Shown: positions 24,495-36,885, counted from the stretch's first letter. The stretch is 64,000 bases of DNA from a bacterium (GCA_965205865.1 CBDBHR010000028.1:448001-512000); one strand, 5' to 3'. The notes: generated by a model from the sequence alone, not told the origin. A program made the numbers and translations.

Positions 24495-24839
24495 TTATTT
24501 CAAATGATCTTGAAATTGAATTGCGCTCCAATGATTAGGACGTTTGAAATATCAAGATTTGGGAAGTTAAGGAAATCAGGGCTTTATGTTTTGTCCCAAA
24601 AATTTAATTTTATATTGCTAAACAGCAATTTATTTGTTACAAATATCGATTAAAAAAATTGTATAATCAATTCAATCGTTGAAAGATTCTTACCTGTTTT
24701 GAGAGAGTTATGCAGGATGTTGTGATCTGGTTCTTCGAACTTCATGGAAACTCAACAGAGAAATTGACCTCAGGATTGAAACCGATTCACGCAGATTAAT
24801 GCTGCGCTATAAAAGACTTCAGGCACGGGAACTTTCAAT

Positions 24840-25208
24840 ATGCCGACATTAAATCAACTGGTTCACAAAGGACGGGCAAATAAGACATCCAAATGCGATA
24901 CACCTGCTCTCCAGGGTTGTCCTCAAAAAAGAGGAGTGTGCATGAGAGTTTATACATCTACTCCAAAAAAACCGAATTCGGCTTTGCGGAAAGTGGCACG
25001 GGTTCGTTTGAGCAACGGGATTGAAGTGACAAGCTACATTCCTGGAATTGGACACAATCTACAGGAACACTCTGTTGTCCTGCTCCGTGGAGGACGGGTC
25101 AAAGATTTACCTGGGGTTCGCTATCACATAATTCGAGGTGCTTTAGACACAGTTGGAGTGTCCGATAGGAAGCAGGGGCGCTCAAAATACGGAACCAAAC
25201 GCAACTGA
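24840..25208 (+). CDS. rpsL: 30S ribosomal protein S12
   Basis: [31 protein letters not shown]. Confidence 0.99.
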   Translation: MPTLNQLVHKGRANKTSKCDTPALQGCPQKRGVCMRVYTSTPKKPNSALRKVARVRLSNGIEVTSYIPGIGHNLQEHSVVLLRGGRVKDLPGVRYHIIRGALDTVGVSDRKQGRSKYGTKRN

Positions 25209-25224
25209 GAGGTGAGCAAGTAAT

Positions 25225-25698
25225 ATGGCCAGACGGCATGCAGCAGAAAAAAGGGAGGTATTGCGAGATCCCAAATATAAAGATCAACTGGTCGGTAAGT
25301 TTGTCAATTGCCTAATGAAAAGCGGCAACAAAAGCACAGCTGAAAAGATTTTGTATGGTGCGTTTGAAATAATTAAAAAAAGAGAAATGGAAGCCCTACC
25401 CCTCGAAGTTTTTAGAAGTGCCGTTAAAAATGTGTGCCCGGTCTTGGAAGTGAAATCTCGTCGTGTTGGAGGATCCACGTATCAAGTTCCCATTGAAGTG
25501 AGATACGATCGCAGTCAGGCATTGGCAATTCGTTGGTTGATTTCATATGCAAATGGACGCAGTGGTAAATCAATGAGGGGAAAATTAGCTGAAGAATTAC
25601 TTGATGCTTTCCACAACAGAGGATCTTCCGTGAAGAAAAAAGAGGACACTCATAAGATGGCAGACGCGAATAAGGCATTTGCTCATTATCGATGGTAA
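25225..25698 (+). CDS. rpsG: 30S ribosomal protein S7
   Basis: [25 protein letters not shown]. Confidence 0.99.
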   Translation: MARRHAAEKREVLRDPKYKDQLVGKFVNCLMKSGNKSTAEKILYGAFEIIKKREMEALPLEVFRSAVKNVCPVLEVKSRRVGGSTYQVPIEVRYDRSQALAIRWLISYANGRSGKSMRGKLAEELLDAFHNRGSSVKKKEDTHKMADANKAFAHYRW

Positions 25699-25720
25699 CT
25701 TCGTTGCGTAGTAGCGTGTT

Positions 25721-27829
25721 TTGATTCACTCAAGATCCAGGCGAAATATTGGGATCATGGCCCATATCGATGCTGGAAAAACAACGACCACTGAACGGAT
25801 TTTGTACTTCACAGGACGGATTCACAAAATTGGAGAAGTTGACGACGGTGCTGCGACGATGGATTGGATGGAAGAAGAACAGGAGCGTGGAATCACCATC
25901 ACATTGGCAGCGACAACTTGTTTTTGGGAGGTGGACAATCAAGATTACGGGATCAATATTATCGATACTCCCGGGCATGTCGATTTTACTTTTGAAGTAG
26001 AGCGTTCCTTACGTGTTTTAGACGGAGTGATTGCAATATTTTGCGGAGTTGCAGGGGTTCAATCCCAATCAGAAACTGTTTGGCAGCAAGCAGATCGCTA
26101 CTTGATTCCACGGATTGCTTTTGTTAATAAAATGGATCGGGTTGGAGCTGATTTTTACAGAGTTCTGTCCATGATGGAGGAGAGACTTGGAGCGAAACCG
26201 GTGGCAATTCAGCTTCCCCTTGGTCAGGAAGACGACTTTCAAGGAGTGTTCGACCTGATCAAGATGAACGCCATTTATTTCGATGAAACGACGTTAAGGA
26301 CAGATTTCGGCATCAAAAATGTTCCCGAAGAGTATCGAGAACAAGTCGCTAAATATCGGGAGCATTTGTTGGAGGTCGTTGCAGAATTGGACGAGCATTT
26401 GATGGAGAAGGTCATAGAAGAAAAAGAGATTGATCCAAAAGAAATTGAGTCTGCTTTATGCCGAGGTACTTTGCAAAATCTAGTGATCCCGGTTTTATGC
26501 GGTTCCTCTTTTAAAAATAAGGGAGTACAGCCACTGTTAGATGCTGTGATCAAGTATTTGCCTTCTCCTTTAGATTTTCCAACAGTGACGGGGATCAATC
26601 CGGAGACGCATAGGAGCATTTCACTGAAAACAGTGGACGAGGAGGCGTTGTGCGCAATTGCTTTCAAGATTGCTTCGGATCCATTTGCCGGTCAATTAAC
26701 CTTTGTGAGAGTCTACTCAGGCATTTTAGAGTCAGGTAAATGGGTATACAATCCACTGAAAAAGAAAAGTGAGCGGATTGGATCGTTGTTGAAGATGCAT
26801 TCCAACAAGCGAGAAGAGGTAAACAAAATTGGTTCTGGGGATATAGGAGCTGTCCTTGGTTTTAATTTCACAACCACCGGGGATACTCTTTGTACAAAAA
26901 AAAAACCGTTACTCTTGGAACAAACCCATTTCCCCGAGCCAGTCATTGATATTGCCATTGAGCCGAAAACCAAAGCAGATCAGGTCAAGTTGGCACAAGC
27001 GCTGGAGAAGCTCACAAGAGAAGATCCTTCTTTCCATTCAAGAATCGAAGAAGAGACAGGTCAGACCTTGATTTCAGGAATGGGTGAGCTTCATTTGGAA
27101 ATTGTTGTAGGACGATTACAAAAGGAATTTCGGGTTGCTTGCAATGTGGGAAACCCCCGGGTGGCTTACCGGGAAACCATTACCACTGAAAAGCGCATCG
27201 AAAGTGAGGTGAATCAGGCGATTGGGGGAAAAGAACAATATGCTTATTGCCATCTGGAGTTAATCCCTTTGGAACCAAGAATGGGTTTCATATTTGAAAG
27301 CAAAGTACAGGGAGCGATTGAGGAGAGATTCATTGCAGCAATTGAACAGGGACTCGAAGAAGCCTTGGAAGGCGGGGTCCTTGCCGGATATCCATTAATC
27401 GATTTGAAAGCGGTGCTGCTTAAAGGAATTGCACTGGAAAATGTATCGACAGAGATGGCTTTCAAAATGGCTGGTTCTTTGGCTTTGAAAGAGGGGGTTC
27501 GGCAAGCCAACCCAGTGATTTTAGAACCCATCATGGAAGTAGAGGTCGTAGTTCCTATAAAATTTATGGGAGATGTCATCAATGACTTGAACGCCCGCAA
27601 GGGCCGTGTACGGGGAATGTCGGAACGTTCCGGTGCACAGGTTGTCTTGGCAGAGGTTCCTTTAGCCGCAATGTTCGGCTATTCCACAGATGTTAGATCG
27701 GCAACCCAAGGGCGTGCCGTATATTCAATGCAATTCAGCCATTATGAACCTGTTGTTAAAAAAATAATTGGGGACATAGCGAGGATATCTCAAAACCTTA
27801 GTATAAAAGAAATCTCAAGAGCTCGTTAA
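25721..27829 (+). CDS. fusA: elongation factor G (divergent domain IV)
   Basis: [36 protein letters not shown]; position between rpsG and tuf; TTG start uncertain. Confidence 0.95.
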   Translation: MIHSRSRRNIGIMAHIDAGKTTTTERILYFTGRIHKIGEVDDGAATMDWMEEEQERGITITLAATTCFWEVDNQDYGINIIDTPGHVDFTFEVERSLRVLDGVIAIFCGVAGVQSQSETVWQQADRYLIPRIAFVNKMDRVGADFYRVLSMMEERLGAKPVAIQLPLGQEDDFQGVFDLIKMNAIYFDETTLRTDFGIKNVPEEYREQVAKYREHLLEVVAELDEHLMEKVIEEKEIDPKEIESALCRGTLQNLVIPVLCGSSFKNKGVQPLLDAVIKYLPSPLDFPTVTGINPETHRSISLKTVDEEALCAIAFKIASDPFAGQLTFVRVYSGILESGKWVYNPLKKKSERIGSLLKMHSNKREEVNKIGSGDIGAVLGFNFTTTGDTLCTKKKPLLLEQTHFPEPVIDIAIEPKTKADQVKLAQALEKLTREDPSFHSRIEEETGQTLISGMGELHLEIVVGRLQKEFRVACNVGNPRVAYRETITTEKRIESEVNQAIGGKEQYAYCHLELIPLEPRMGFIFESKVQGAIEERFIAAIEQGLEEALEGGVLAGYPLIDLKAVLLKGIALENVSTEMAFKMAGSLALKEGVRQANPVILEPIMEVEVVVPIKFMGDVINDLNARKGRVRGMSERSGAQVVLAEVPLAAMFGYSTDVRSATQGRAVYSMQFSHYEPVVKKIIGDIARISQNLSIKEISRAR

Positions 27830-27847
27830 TCATATTAGGAGAAGAAC

Positions 27848-29047
27848 ATGGCAAAAGAACAATTTAATCGGTCCAAACCACATGTGAATATTGGGACAAT
27901 TGGGCACGTTGATCACGGAAAAACCACGTTGACCGCCGCTATTACAAAGGTTTTGAACATGAAGGGCATGGCAAAAGTGATGGAATTCGGTGAAATTGAT
28001 GCAGCTCCGGAGGAACGGGCTAGAGGAATCACGATTGCAACTGCTCATATAGAATATGAAACAGAAAATCGACATTATGCTCATGTGGATTGTCCAGGAC
28101 ATGCGGATTATGTCAAAAACATGATTACCGGCGCTGCTCAGATGGATGGTGCGGTAATTGTAGTATCTGCTGCCGATGGACCAATGCCTCAAACTCGCGA
28201 ACATATCCTCTTGGCCAGACAGGTGAATGTTCCTTATCTGGTAGTTTATTTGAATAAAGTCGATCAGGTGGATGATGAAGAACTGTTGGAACTGGTTGAA
28301 TTGGAAGTCCGCGAATTATTGAGCTCTTACGAATTTCCCGGAGACGATATTCCAGTGATCAGGGGTTCTGCATTACAAGCTCTGGAATCAGGAAGTACGG
28401 ACCCCACTAGTGGAGATTTCGTGTCTATCTTGGAGTTGATGGATGTAGTCGATAGATACATACCGGAACCGATGCGGGATTTGGATAAAGATTTCTTGAT
28501 GTCTGTTGAAGATGTTTTCACAATTTCTGGTCGAGGTACCGTGGCAACAGGTCGGATTGAACGGGGTATTGTCAAAGTTGGAGAAGAAGTAGAAATTTGC
28601 GGTATTCGAGATACCAAAAAAACCGTAGTCACAGGAGTAGAGATGTTCCGCAAGACCTTGAATGAGGGACAAGCCGGAGACAATGTCGGACTGTTGATTC
28701 GAGGGTTGAAACGCGATGAAGTTGAGCGCGGACAGGTGATTTGCAAGCCAGGAAGTATCACCCCACACACCAAATTTAAGGGGCAGGTTTATGTGCTCAC
28801 TAAAGATGAAGGTGGACGCCATACTCCGTTTTTTACCAACTATCGACCGCAATTTTATTTCCGTACCACAGATGTGACGGGAATGATCTATCTTCCTGAA
28901 AATATTGAAATGGTTATGCCTGGAGACAATGTGGAAATTACGGTAGAATTGATCACACCTATTGCAATGGAAAGGGAACTCCGTTTTGCAATTCGTGAAG
29001 GAGGACGAACTATCGGCTCCGGTGTTGTCACAGAAATTATTGCTTAG
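27848..29047 (+). CDS. tuf: elongation factor Tu
   Basis: [34 protein letters not shown]. Confidence 0.99.
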   Translation: MAKEQFNRSKPHVNIGTIGHVDHGKTTLTAAITKVLNMKGMAKVMEFGEIDAAPEERARGITIATAHIEYETENRHYAHVDCPGHADYVKNMITGAAQMDGAVIVVSAADGPMPQTREHILLARQVNVPYLVVYLNKVDQVDDEELLELVELEVRELLSSYEFPGDDIPVIRGSALQALESGSTDPTSGDFVSILELMDVVDRYIPEPMRDLDKDFLMSVEDVFTISGRGTVATGRIERGIVKVGEEVEICGIRDTKKTVVTGVEMFRKTLNEGQAGDNVGLLIRGLKRDEVERGQVICKPGSITPHTKFKGQVYVLTKDEGGRHTPFFTNYRPQFYFRTTDVTGMIYLPENIEMVMPGDNVEITVELITPIAMERELRFAIREGGRTIGSGVVTEIIA

Positions 29048-29064
29048 AATAGTTGTGAGGCAGC

Positions 29065-29373
29065 ATGGAGCATAAAATTAAAGTTCGGTTCAAAGCATAC
29101 GACGATAAATTGTTGGATCAAACCGTCGGTGAAATCGCCCATACTGTTAAGAGAACAGGGGCTCAGATTGTTGGACCAATTCCACTGCCTACTCGAATCA
29201 ACAAATACACTGTTTTACGGTCTCCTCATGTCGACAAAAAGTCGCGAGAACAATTTGAAATGAGGACCCATAAACGCTTGCTTTATATACTTGATACCAC
29301 TCCACAGACAATGGATGCGCTCATGAAGCTTGATATTTCTGCAGGGGTGGATATTGCGATCAAACAGGAGTGA
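29065..29373 (+). CDS. rpsJ: 30S ribosomal protein S10
   Basis: [21 protein letters not shown]. Confidence 0.99.
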   Translation: MEHKIKVRFKAYDDKLLDQTVGEIAHTVKRTGAQIVGPIPLPTRINKYTVLRSPHVDKKSREQFEMRTHKRLLYILDTTPQTMDALMKLDISAGVDIAIKQE

Positions 29374-29376
29374 AGC

Positions 29377-29418
29377 ATGGAATATGGTTTGAGAATAGTT
29401 AAATGTGAAGGAAAATAA
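29377..29418 (+). other. 13-codon ORF (MEYGLRIVKCEGK) occupying the usual rplC position
   Basis: AGGAG SD at the rpsJ 3' end, ATG at 29377, TAA overlapping the rplD ATG (TAATG). Confidence 0.45.
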
Positions 29419-30041
29419 TGGCAAAATTTCCGATTTTCCATTTTGACAATACTGCTGTTGGAGAGATTGAATTCAGCGATCAATTGCTGGAAACGCCTTA
29501 TAAACCTCATTTGATCCAAGAGGCTGTTGTGCATTATCTCGCTGGTCAGCGTCAAGGCACTCATGCTACCAAAGCACGATCTCAAGTGTCTGGCAGTACA
29601 AGAAAACCATGGAAACAAAAAGGGACAGGACATGCGCGAACAGGCAGTACTAAATCCCCTATCTGGCGTCAAGGTGGAGTAGTTTTTGGTCCTCATCCGA
29701 GGAGTCATGCCAAATCGATCAACAAAAAAGCGCGCAAACAGGCATTGTGTTCTGCTCTTGCGGAGAAAGTTCGCAATAATCAAATTATCGTCTTGAATCA
29801 CCTACAACTGGAAGACCATAAAACCAAATTGTTTCAAGCAATTCTTGTCAATCTGGAATGTCCGCAAGTTCTTATTGTCGTTGATGAATTGCCACGAAAT
29901 TTACAATTGGCAGCCCGTAATCTTCCTCTGGTTCAAGTCATTAATTATCACACGTTAAACGTATATAAGTTGCTGCGGTACGCAAAAGTGATATTTATCA
30001 AAAATGCACTCAGCGCTGTCGAACAAAGATTATTGTCATGA
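29418..30041 (+). CDS. rplD: 50S ribosomal protein L4
   Basis: RQGTHATK.RSQVSGS.RKPW.QKGTG.AR.GS..SP.WR.GGV.FGP.PR. Confidence 0.98.
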   Translation: MAKFPIFHFDNTAVGEIEFSDQLLETPYKPHLIQEAVVHYLAGQRQGTHATKARSQVSGSTRKPWKQKGTGHARTGSTKSPIWRQGGVVFGPHPRSHAKSINKKARKQALCSALAEKVRNNQIIVLNHLQLEDHKTKLFQAILVNLECPQVLIVVDELPRNLQLAARNLPLVQVINYHTLNVYKLLRYAKVIFIKNALSAVEQRLLS

Positions 30042-30325
30042 ACCTCTACAATGTTATTAAACGACCCCTGCTGACTGAAAAAACGACTTGGCATCATGAA
30101 TTTTCTAACCAAGTCATTTTTCAGGTGCAAAAACATGCTAACAAAGTGCAAATCAAAGAGAGCATTGAAAAAGCTTTTAATGTGACTGTCCTTCAGGTCC
30201 AGACGATTAATGTCAAAGGGAAACCAAAAAAGTTGGGGCGCTATCTGGGAAAACGGTCTGATTGGAAAAAAGCAATCGTGACTTTGAAAGAGGGTGATAA
30301 AATCGAATATTTTGAAGGTGCGTGA
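30038..30325 (+). CDS. rplW: 50S ribosomal protein L23
   Basis: P.LTEK, ANK.QIK, WKKAIVTL. Confidence 0.98.
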   Translation: MNLYNVIKRPLLTEKTTWHHEFSNQVIFQVQKHANKVQIKESIEKAFNVTVLQVQTINVKGKPKKLGRYLGKRSDWKKAIVTLKEGDKIEYFEGA

Positions 30326-30344
30326 CTGCAATAGGTAAAGAATT

Positions 30345-31169
30345 ATGTCGATTAAAAAGTATAAGCCAACCTCGCCAGGCCGACGGGGAATGAGTGGCTT
30401 TGGATTTGAAGAAATCACGACATCGAAACCGGAAAAATTATTGTTGGCGCCTCTAAAAAAAAAGGGGGGGCGTAACAACCACGGACGAATTACAGTTCGT
30501 CATCGTGGAGGTGGCCATAAACGCCGATACCGCATCATTGACTTCAAACGAAACAAGTTTGATATACCTGCAAAGGTGTTAACTATTGAATATGATCCCA
30601 ACCGCAACGCTAGGATATCATTAGTTCGCTACATTGATGGGGAAAAACGTTACATTATCACTCCAGAGGGTTTGAAAGTCGGAGATACAATCATCGCTGG
30701 CACTCAAGCGGAAATCCGAGTTGGAAATACTATGCCGTTGAAAAATATTCCTTTGGGCACCGTTATTCATTGTGTGGAACTCAGGCCACGAAAAGGTGCT
30801 CAGTTGGCGAGGAGTGCTGGTGCTTCCTTACAATTGATGGGAAAAGATATAGACTATGTTCAGTTGAAACTGCGTTCCGGAGAAATTCGAACGGTGCGTG
30901 CAGAATGTTTGGCAACTATCGGCACGGTGGGCAATGCCGAATATATGAATATGAAGCGAGGCAAAGCGGGCCGATGTCGATGGATGGGAATTCGGCCCAC
31001 AGTACGTGGAGTGGTGATGAATCCTGTTGATCATCCGCATGGTGGTGGAGAAGGCCGCACTTCAGGAGGACGGCACCCTGTCAGCCCATGGGGAGTGCCA
31101 ACTAAAGGATATCGAACTCGAAACAATAAAGCCACCGACAAATATATCATCCGGAGACGTAATGCATAA
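30345..31169 (+). CDS. rplB: 50S ribosomal protein L2
   Basis: [33 protein letters not shown]. Confidence 0.99.
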   Translation: MSIKKYKPTSPGRRGMSGFGFEEITTSKPEKLLLAPLKKKGGRNNHGRITVRHRGGGHKRRYRIIDFKRNKFDIPAKVLTIEYDPNRNARISLVRYIDGEKRYIITPEGLKVGDTIIAGTQAEIRVGNTMPLKNIPLGTVIHCVELRPRKGAQLARSAGASLQLMGKDIDYVQLKLRSGEIRTVRAECLATIGTVGNAEYMNMKRGKAGRCRWMGIRPTVRGVVMNPVDHPHGGGEGRTSGGRHPVSPWGVPTKGYRTRNNKATDKYIIRRRNA

Positions 31170-31178
31170 GGAGAGTTC

Positions 31179-31457
31179 ATGCCTCGATCTTTGAAAAAAG
31201 AACCTTTTGTTGATAGCCATTTAGAAAAAAAAATTTTCGCTGCCCAAGAAAAGCAAGATCGTAAATTGATCAAAACCTGGTCTCGTCGCTCAATGATCAC
31301 TCCCGACTTTATCGGACTCAATATTGCGGTCCACAACGGTAAGCAATTCATCCCCATCTTTGTTACTGAGGAAATGGTGGGTTACAAATTGGGAGAATTT
31401 GCTCCAACACGTACATACCGCGGACATACCAGTAAAACCGATAAGCGGACACATTGA
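31179..31457 (+). CDS. rpsS: 30S ribosomal protein S19
   Basis: [27 protein letters not shown]. Confidence 0.99.
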   Translation: MPRSLKKEPFVDSHLEKKIFAAQEKQDRKLIKTWSRRSMITPDFIGLNIAVHNGKQFIPIFVTEEMVGYKLGEFAPTRTYRGHTSKTDKRTH

Positions 31458-31466
31458 AAATTAATT

Positions 31467-31805
31467 ATGGAAGCAAGAGCACTAGTCAGAAATGTTCGAA
31501 TAGCTCCGCGAAAAGCGCGTTTGGTGTTGAATTTGATCCGGAGAAAAGATGTCCTCCAAGCTTTAGCCTTTCTTGAAGCAACTCATCGAAAGGCGGTACC
31601 TGTCGTAAAGACACTGCTCAAATCGGCGATTGCAAATGCTGATGAAATTCACCCGCATGTGGATGTCGACAACTTGATTATTATAGCAGCTTATGCAGAT
31701 GAAGGAGCAACTCTGAAACGCTTCAGAGCACGGGCAATGGGACGTGGTGCCCGAATCAACAAACGCACCAGTCATATTACTTTGATTGTTGGAGATACGA
31801 TCTAA
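31467..31805 (+). CDS. rplV: 50S ribosomal protein L22
   Basis: [17 protein letters not shown]...I.KRTSHI. Confidence 0.98.
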   Translation: MEARALVRNVRIAPRKARLVLNLIRRKDVLQALAFLEATHRKAVPVVKTLLKSAIANADEIHPHVDVDNLIIIAAYADEGATLKRFRARAMGRGARINKRTSHITLIVGDTI

Positions 31806-31828
31806 TTTTCTTGTTTATAGAGGCAATT

Positions 31829-32491
31829 GTGGGTCAAAAAGTTAATCCCATCGGGTTGAGGCTTGGCATAACGCATACTTGGAATTCAAAGTGGTATGCA
31901 GAGAAAAAATATGTGGAACATTTGAAAGAAGATATAGATATTCAAAAATTCGTTAAGAAGCAACTCAAACATGCGGCAATTTCGAAAATAGAAATAGAGC
32001 GTGCTTCACGTAAAACAAAAGTCAATATTTTTTCCGCCAGACCTGGAATCATTATTGGCCGTAAAGGTGATGAAGTAGAAAAGCTCAAGAAGTCACTCGC
32101 TCGACTAACCAAACGAGATATCGTCGTCAACATCAAAGAAGTGAAACGACCTGAAATTGATGCTCAGTTGATTGCGGAGAATGTTGCTATGCAGCTTGAG
32201 CGCCGGGTTGCATATCGAAGAGCAGTCAAAAGGACGATGACTTCAGCCATGCGAATGGACATTGAGGGTTGCAAGATTATGGTGGCCGGTCGTCTCAATG
32301 GCGCTGAAATGGCAAGAAACGAATGGGTCCGAGAAGGAAGGGTTCGTCTCCACACATTACGAGCTGAAATTGATTACGGATTTACTGAAGCACTAACAAA
32401 CTATGGATTAATAGGGGTAAAGGTCTGGGTATGTCGTGGTGAGAATTTTGAAAAACAGCGTAACCGCCGTCCCAGACGAAAGGAACGATAA
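31829..32491 (+). CDS. rpsC: 30S ribosomal protein S3
   Basis: GTG start [30 protein letters not shown]. Confidence 0.98.
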   Translation: MGQKVNPIGLRLGITHTWNSKWYAEKKYVEHLKEDIDIQKFVKKQLKHAAISKIEIERASRKTKVNIFSARPGIIIGRKGDEVEKLKKSLARLTKRDIVVNIKEVKRPEIDAQLIAENVAMQLERRVAYRRAVKRTMTSAMRMDIEGCKIMVAGRLNGAEMARNEWVREGRVRLHTLRAEIDYGFTEALTNYGLIGVKVWVCRGENFEKQRNRRPRRKER

Positions 32492-32493
32492 GC

Positions 32494-32910
32494 ATGTTGA
32501 TGCCGAAAAAAACGAAGTTTCGAAAAAAAATGAGAGGTAGGCTTGCTGGTGTTGCCAATTCTGGTAATGTGGTCCAGTTCGGATCACTCGGCTTACAAGC
32601 GACGAGCTGTGGATATATCACGGCTCGGCAAATTGAGGCGGCTCGTCGAACAATTACCAGGAAATTGAGGCGAGGAGGGAAAATTTGGATCCGAATTTTT
32701 CCAGATAAGCCGATTACGAATCGACCTGCAGAAACACGAATGGGCAAAGGCAAAGGATCGGTGGAGGCATGGGTCTCTGTAATCAAACCGGGACGTATTT
32801 TGTACGAAGTCGACGGCATCGAACCCGAGATTGCTGAAGACGCGCTACGTTCGGCAGGATTCAAGCTCCCAGTACAAACCCAAATTATGAAACGAGGACT
32901 GATTGCATGA
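32494..32910 (+). CDS. rplP: 50S ribosomal protein L16
   Basis: [25 protein letters not shown]. Confidence 0.99.
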   Translation: MLMPKKTKFRKKMRGRLAGVANSGNVVQFGSLGLQATSCGYITARQIEAARRTITRKLRRGGKIWIRIFPDKPITNRPAETRMGKGKGSVEAWVSVIKPGRILYEVDGIEPEIAEDALRSAGFKLPVQTQIMKRGLIA

Positions 32911-33092
32911 AAGTGACTGAGTTGAGGGCATTGTCTACAGAAGAATTGGAAAGCAAGTTACTTGAAATGCAGGAAGAACAACTCCGACGTCGTTGCAATC
33001 AAGTCATTGCTCAGCTTCCAAATGTGAGATTACTGCGTCAAGGACGACGCGATATTGCCCGAGTAAAGACAATCATAAATGAAAAGAAATGA
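32907..33092 (+). CDS. rpmC: 50S ribosomal protein L29
   Basis: [18 protein letters not shown]; canonical position. Confidence 0.95.
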   Translation: MKVTELRALSTEELESKLLEMQEEQLRRRCNQVIAQLPNVRLLRQGRRDIARVKTIINEKK

Positions 33093-33160
33093 GAAAAAAG
33101 GCAGCAATAAGGTAGCAAGATGCGCCCTCCTTTGTGATCATTGATCCAAGAAGTTATTTG

Positions 33161-33412
33161 ATGAATCGAAAAAATAAAAAAGCACGAACAGGAATCGTAG
33201 TCAGTGATCAGATGGAAAAATCTATTGTAGTTCGGATAGATAGGACGGTCAAACATCCCTTTTATAAAAAAACGATAAGACGGTCCAAAAAATACATGGC
33301 ACATGATGAAAACAATGCCTGTAAGATTGGAGATATCGTGCAGATTATTGAATGCAAACCGATCAGCTTCCGGAAAACATGGCGCGTAGTGGAAGTTGTA
33401 AAAACATCTTAG
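33161..33412 (+). CDS. rpsQ: 30S ribosomal protein S17
   Basis: [31 protein letters not shown]. Confidence 0.98.
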   Translation: MNRKNKKARTGIVVSDQMEKSIVVRIDRTVKHPFYKKTIRRSKKYMAHDENNACKIGDIVQIIECKPISFRKTWRVVEVVKTS

Positions 33413-33445
33413 TTTCAGTGATGGGATTGAGCAGAGGAAGAAATC

Positions 33446-33814
33446 ATGATCCAAATGCAGAGCATACTTGAAGTGGCTGATAATTCTGGTGCGAAACGAT
33501 TGATGTGTATTAAAGTATTGGGTGGATCGAAGCGGCGCTATGCTGGGGTGGGGGATATTGTTGTTGCTTCTGTAAAAGCGGCTTTGCCCAATTCTCGCGT
33601 CAAATCAGGTGAAATCGTCAGAGCGGTTATTGTGCGTACCAGTAAAGAAATTCGTCGCAGTGATGGCACATATATCAAATTCGATAAAAATGCGGCCGTC
33701 ATTGTGGATAACAAGAGAGAGCCGGTTGGTTCCCGAATTTTTGGTCCAGTGGCCCGTGAGTTGAGAGTTGGAAAGTTTATGAAAATCGTTTCTCTTGCTC
33801 CTGAGGTATTATAA
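33446..33814 (+). CDS. rplN: 50S ribosomal protein L14
   Basis: [25 protein letters not shown]. Confidence 0.99.
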   Translation: MIQMQSILEVADNSGAKRLMCIKVLGGSKRRYAGVGDIVVASVKAALPNSRVKSGEIVRAVIVRTSKEIRRSDGTYIKFDKNAAVIVDNKREPVGSRIFGPVARELRVGKFMKIVSLAPEVL

Positions 33815-33828
33815 TACGTCAATAACAG

Positions 33829-34176
33829 ATGAGTATGCATGCAGTGACAAAAAAAGTGAGCCGTGGAGCAATTCGCGTTGGAGATACCGTCCAGGTAATC
33901 ACCGGCAAAGACAAAGATTATCGGGGAAAAGTCTTAAAAATCGATTGGAAGGCCTTTCGTATTTTGGTGGAAGGGGCCAATAAAGTTCATCACCACAATA
34001 AACCCAATCAACAAAATCAGCAGGGGCAGGTTTCCATTTCCGAGGCTCCGATTAATTATTCGAATGTCTTGTTGTACTGTAATGCCTGTGAGAGAGGAGT
34101 TCGAGTACGGATGGACCGAACAACTCCGAGAGTTAAAAAGCGTATTTGTATTAAATGTTCCAATATTATTGAATGA
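33829..34176 (+). CDS. rplX: 50S ribosomal protein L24
   Basis: KOW motif GDTVQVITGKDK, EAPINYSNV. Confidence 0.97.
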   Translation: MSMHAVTKKVSRGAIRVGDTVQVITGKDKDYRGKVLKIDWKAFRILVEGANKVHHHNKPNQQNQQGQVSISEAPINYSNVLLYCNACERGVRVRMDRTTPRVKKRICIKCSNIIE

Positions 34177-34184
34177 GATAAGTT

Positions 34185-34724
34185 GTGAGTCAGTCACTAG
34201 CGACATATAAAGAAACATTGGTCCCCTCATTGAAGTCACAGTTTGCATTCAAAAACTTTCATCAAGTTCCAACAATTAAAAAAGTAGTCCTCAACATGGG
34301 ATTGGGGGAAGCTATTCAAAATCCTAAGATCATTGAGGCTGCCGTAGATCAATTGAGTCTTATTGCTGGACAGAAAGCGGTGGTGACCCGCGCAAAGAAA
34401 TCCGTTGCGAGTTTCAAACTGCGAGAAGGAATGCAAATTGGTTGTATGGTTTCTTTGCGATCAATACGAATGTGGGATTTTTTAGACCGTTTTTTAACGG
34501 TAGCTCTTCCCCGAGTTCGAGATTTTCGGGGATTGTCCCCAAGAGCATTTGATGGCGCAGGAAACTATACGCTAGGTGTGAGGGAACAACTGATATTTCC
34601 TGAAATCAACTATGACAAAATTGATAAAGTACGCGGCATGAATATCACGATTGTTACGTCGACTTCGTCGAAGGAAGAAGCAAAAGCCTTGATGGAAGGA
34701 TTAGGATTTCCCTTTCGGAAATAA
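34185..34724 (+). CDS. rplE: 50S ribosomal protein L5
   Basis: [27 protein letters not shown]. Confidence 0.99.
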   Translation: MSQSLATYKETLVPSLKSQFAFKNFHQVPTIKKVVLNMGLGEAIQNPKIIEAAVDQLSLIAGQKAVVTRAKKSVASFKLREGMQIGCMVSLRSIRMWDFLDRFLTVALPRVRDFRGLSPRAFDGAGNYTLGVREQLIFPEINYDKIDKVRGMNITIVTSTSSKEEAKALMEGLGFPFRK

Positions 34725-34740
34725 TCAACCCTAGACAATT

Positions 34741-34926
34741 ATGGCAAAATTATCACTCATCCACAAAGCCTCGAGAAAACAAAAATTCAAAGTACGGGAA
34801 TATAACCGCTGCTCCTTTTGTGGTCGCTCACGGGGATATCTTCGGAAATTTGGTATGTGTCGCCTTTGTTTCCGAGATAAAGCTGGTTTTGGATTAATTC
34901 CTGGTGTGACCAAATCGAGTTGGTAG
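34741..34926 (+). CDS. rpsN: 30S ribosomal protein S14 (zinc-binding, type Z)
   Basis: 61 aa, RCSFCGR...CRLCFR, PGV.KSSW. Confidence 0.98.
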   Translation: MAKLSLIHKASRKQKFKVREYNRCSFCGRSRGYLRKFGMCRLCFRDKAGFGLIPGVTKSSW

Positions 34927-34953
34927 ATACTCGTCATTAATAAAGCAACAATT

Positions 34954-35352
34954 ATGTTTATCCCTGATCCCATTGCAGATTTGTGTACTCGTATACGCAA
35001 TGCGAAAATGAGACAATATTCTTCAGTTCGCATCCCTCATTCAAAAATCAAAGAGCACATTGTAGAGGTGCTTCAAAAGGAGGGCTTTATTAAAAAATGG
35101 GAGATCAAAGAAGAGCAGACACAATTGCAGATAGTAATATATCTGAAATATACGGATATGGGTGAAAGCATCATCCGAACAATCCAACGCATTAGTAAGC
35201 CGGGATGTAGAGTCCATTTGAAAGTTTCCGATATCAAGCCAGTTTTAGGGGGACAAGGAATTGCAATAATAACGACGTCTCGAGGAGTATTATCCGACAG
35301 AGAGTGCCGCGAGCAGAATACAGGAGGCGAGATTCTTTGCCATGTTTGGTAA
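34954..35352 (+). CDS. rpsH: 30S ribosomal protein S8
   Basis: DPIADL.TRIRNA, RISKPG.R, GGE.LC.VW. Confidence 0.98.
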   Translation: MFIPDPIADLCTRIRNAKMRQYSSVRIPHSKIKEHIVEVLQKEGFIKKWEIKEEQTQLQIVIYLKYTDMGESIIRTIQRISKPGCRVHLKVSDIKPVLGGQGIAIITTSRGVLSDRECREQNTGGEILCHVW

Positions 35353-35384
35353 ATTTGAAAGATCCAATATCCTAAGAAAAAAAG

Positions 35385-35927
35385 ATGTCCAGAATAGGCA
35401 AACGCCCGATTAGATTAGTGAACAGTATTACCCTTTCTTACAAAAACCGAAATCTTGAAGTCAAAGGTCCCAAGGGAACTATGCAATGTGTGATTCCGGA
35501 ATTGGTGGAGTTGGATAATCAGGAACAAACCTTGATCGTACGAGCCGATTACGAAAATGACAAAAAGGCAAAATCTTTGATGGGTACCGCTCAAGCCTTG
35601 ATCACAAACATGGTAACGGGGGTGACTCAAGGATTTCAAAAACAATTGAATTTAGTTGGAGTAGGCTATCGTGCCTCAATTTCTGGGAATAGACTGGAAT
35701 TGAATTTGGGTTATTCGCATCCAGTCCATTATACTTTGCCGGAAGGAGTCGAAGCAAAAGTTGAAGCAAATAGCAGGATAATCCTGGAAAGCTGCGACAA
35801 ACAGTTGGTTGGCCAGGTTGCGGCAAACATACGAAATTTTCGGTCCCCTGAGCCTTACAAAGGGAAGGGGGTTTTGTTTGAAGGGGAAACAATTCGCAGA
35901 AAAGCAGGCAAATCGGCTAGAGTTTAA
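35385..35927 (+). CDS. rplF: 50S ribosomal protein L6
   Basis: [23 protein letters not shown]. Confidence 0.99.
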   Translation: MSRIGKRPIRLVNSITLSYKNRNLEVKGPKGTMQCVIPELVELDNQEQTLIVRADYENDKKAKSLMGTAQALITNMVTGVTQGFQKQLNLVGVGYRASISGNRLELNLGYSHPVHYTLPEGVEAKVEANSRIILESCDKQLVGQVAANIRNFRSPEPYKGKGVLFEGETIRRKAGKSARV

Positions 35928-35964
35928 TCACGGCATTTGGCAAAAGGAAAGTAGAAAGACTTTC

Positions 35965-36336
35965 ATGAAAAAAACAGCACAGCGATTATCTGCCCGCAAA
36001 CAACGCCAGAGCAGGGTCCGGAGAAAAATCTCAGGTACATGCGAGCGTCCTCGCCTCGCAATATTCCGTTCATCCCGACATATCTACGTTCAGGCGATTG
36101 ATGACGAATCCCAGACAACAATGGCGTCGGCAGGAACGATTGAAAAAGAACTGACAGATTCCATCCAAGGATATAGCGGAAATCAAGAAGCAGCGGGTGT
36201 TGTTGGGAAGAAAATTGCTGAACGTCTCCTGCAAAAATCAATTTCCTCTGTCGTTTTTGATCGGGGTGGATTTCTCTATCATGGCCGTGTCAAAGCCCTT
36301 GCAGAAGGAGCACGCGAAGCCGGTTTGAAATTCTAA
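35965..36336 (+). CDS. rplR: 50S ribosomal protein L18
   Basis: [29 protein letters not shown]. Confidence 0.98.
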   Translation: MKKTAQRLSARKQRQSRVRRKISGTCERPRLAIFRSSRHIYVQAIDDESQTTMASAGTIEKELTDSIQGYSGNQEAAGVVGKKIAERLLQKSISSVVFDRGGFLYHGRVKALAEGAREAGLKF

Positions 36337-36369
36337 AAACAGAAATTTTATTAAAACAGAGGAGATCCC

Positions 36370-36876
36370 TTGGCGGAAAAGGCGGCAGAAAAAGGTGAAT
36401 TCATTGAAAAGGTGATCCGGGTCAATCGAGTTGCCAAAGTAGTGAAAGGAGGGCGACGGTTTAGCTTCAGTGCTTTAGTGGTTGTTGGAGATGGAAAAGG
36501 AAATGTTGGATATGGTATGGGGAAAGCTGGAGAAGTAACAGAAGCCATTAGAAAAAGCATTAGTCGGGCGACCAAAGCCATGGCTCCGATCTCCTTTACA
36601 GGAACAACGATCCCTCATGGCGTGATTGGACAATTTGGTGCCGGGAAGGTGTTCATGCGTCCTGCCAAAAAAGGACATGGTGTTATTGCCGCTGGCCCAG
36701 TTCGATCCATTCTGGAAGCAGTTGGAATACATGATATTAGTGTCAAATGCTTAGGATCGAGGAATCCTCATAATCTGGTCCGTGCCACTTTTAACGCACT
36801 GGTGAAATTGCAATCTTTTGAGGAAATTGCAAAACGGCGCAATGTTCCAGCAGATCAATTATCGTCATCGACGTAG
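36370..36876 (+). CDS. rpsE: 30S ribosomal protein S5
   Basis: [24 protein letters not shown]. Confidence 0.99.
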   Translation: MAEKAAEKGEFIEKVIRVNRVAKVVKGGRRFSFSALVVVGDGKGNVGYGMGKAGEVTEAIRKSISRATKAMAPISFTGTTIPHGVIGQFGAGKVFMRPAKKGHGVIAAGPVRSILEAVGIHDISVKCLGSRNPHNLVRATFNALVKLQSFEEIAKRRNVPADQLSSST

Positions 36877-36885
36877 GAGCAAATA

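Noticed and set aside
24495-24839. Riboswitch or ncRNA upstream of rpsL
   Set aside because: Only weak pairing and a weak promoter-like TTGCTA/TACAAA; no recognisable motif.
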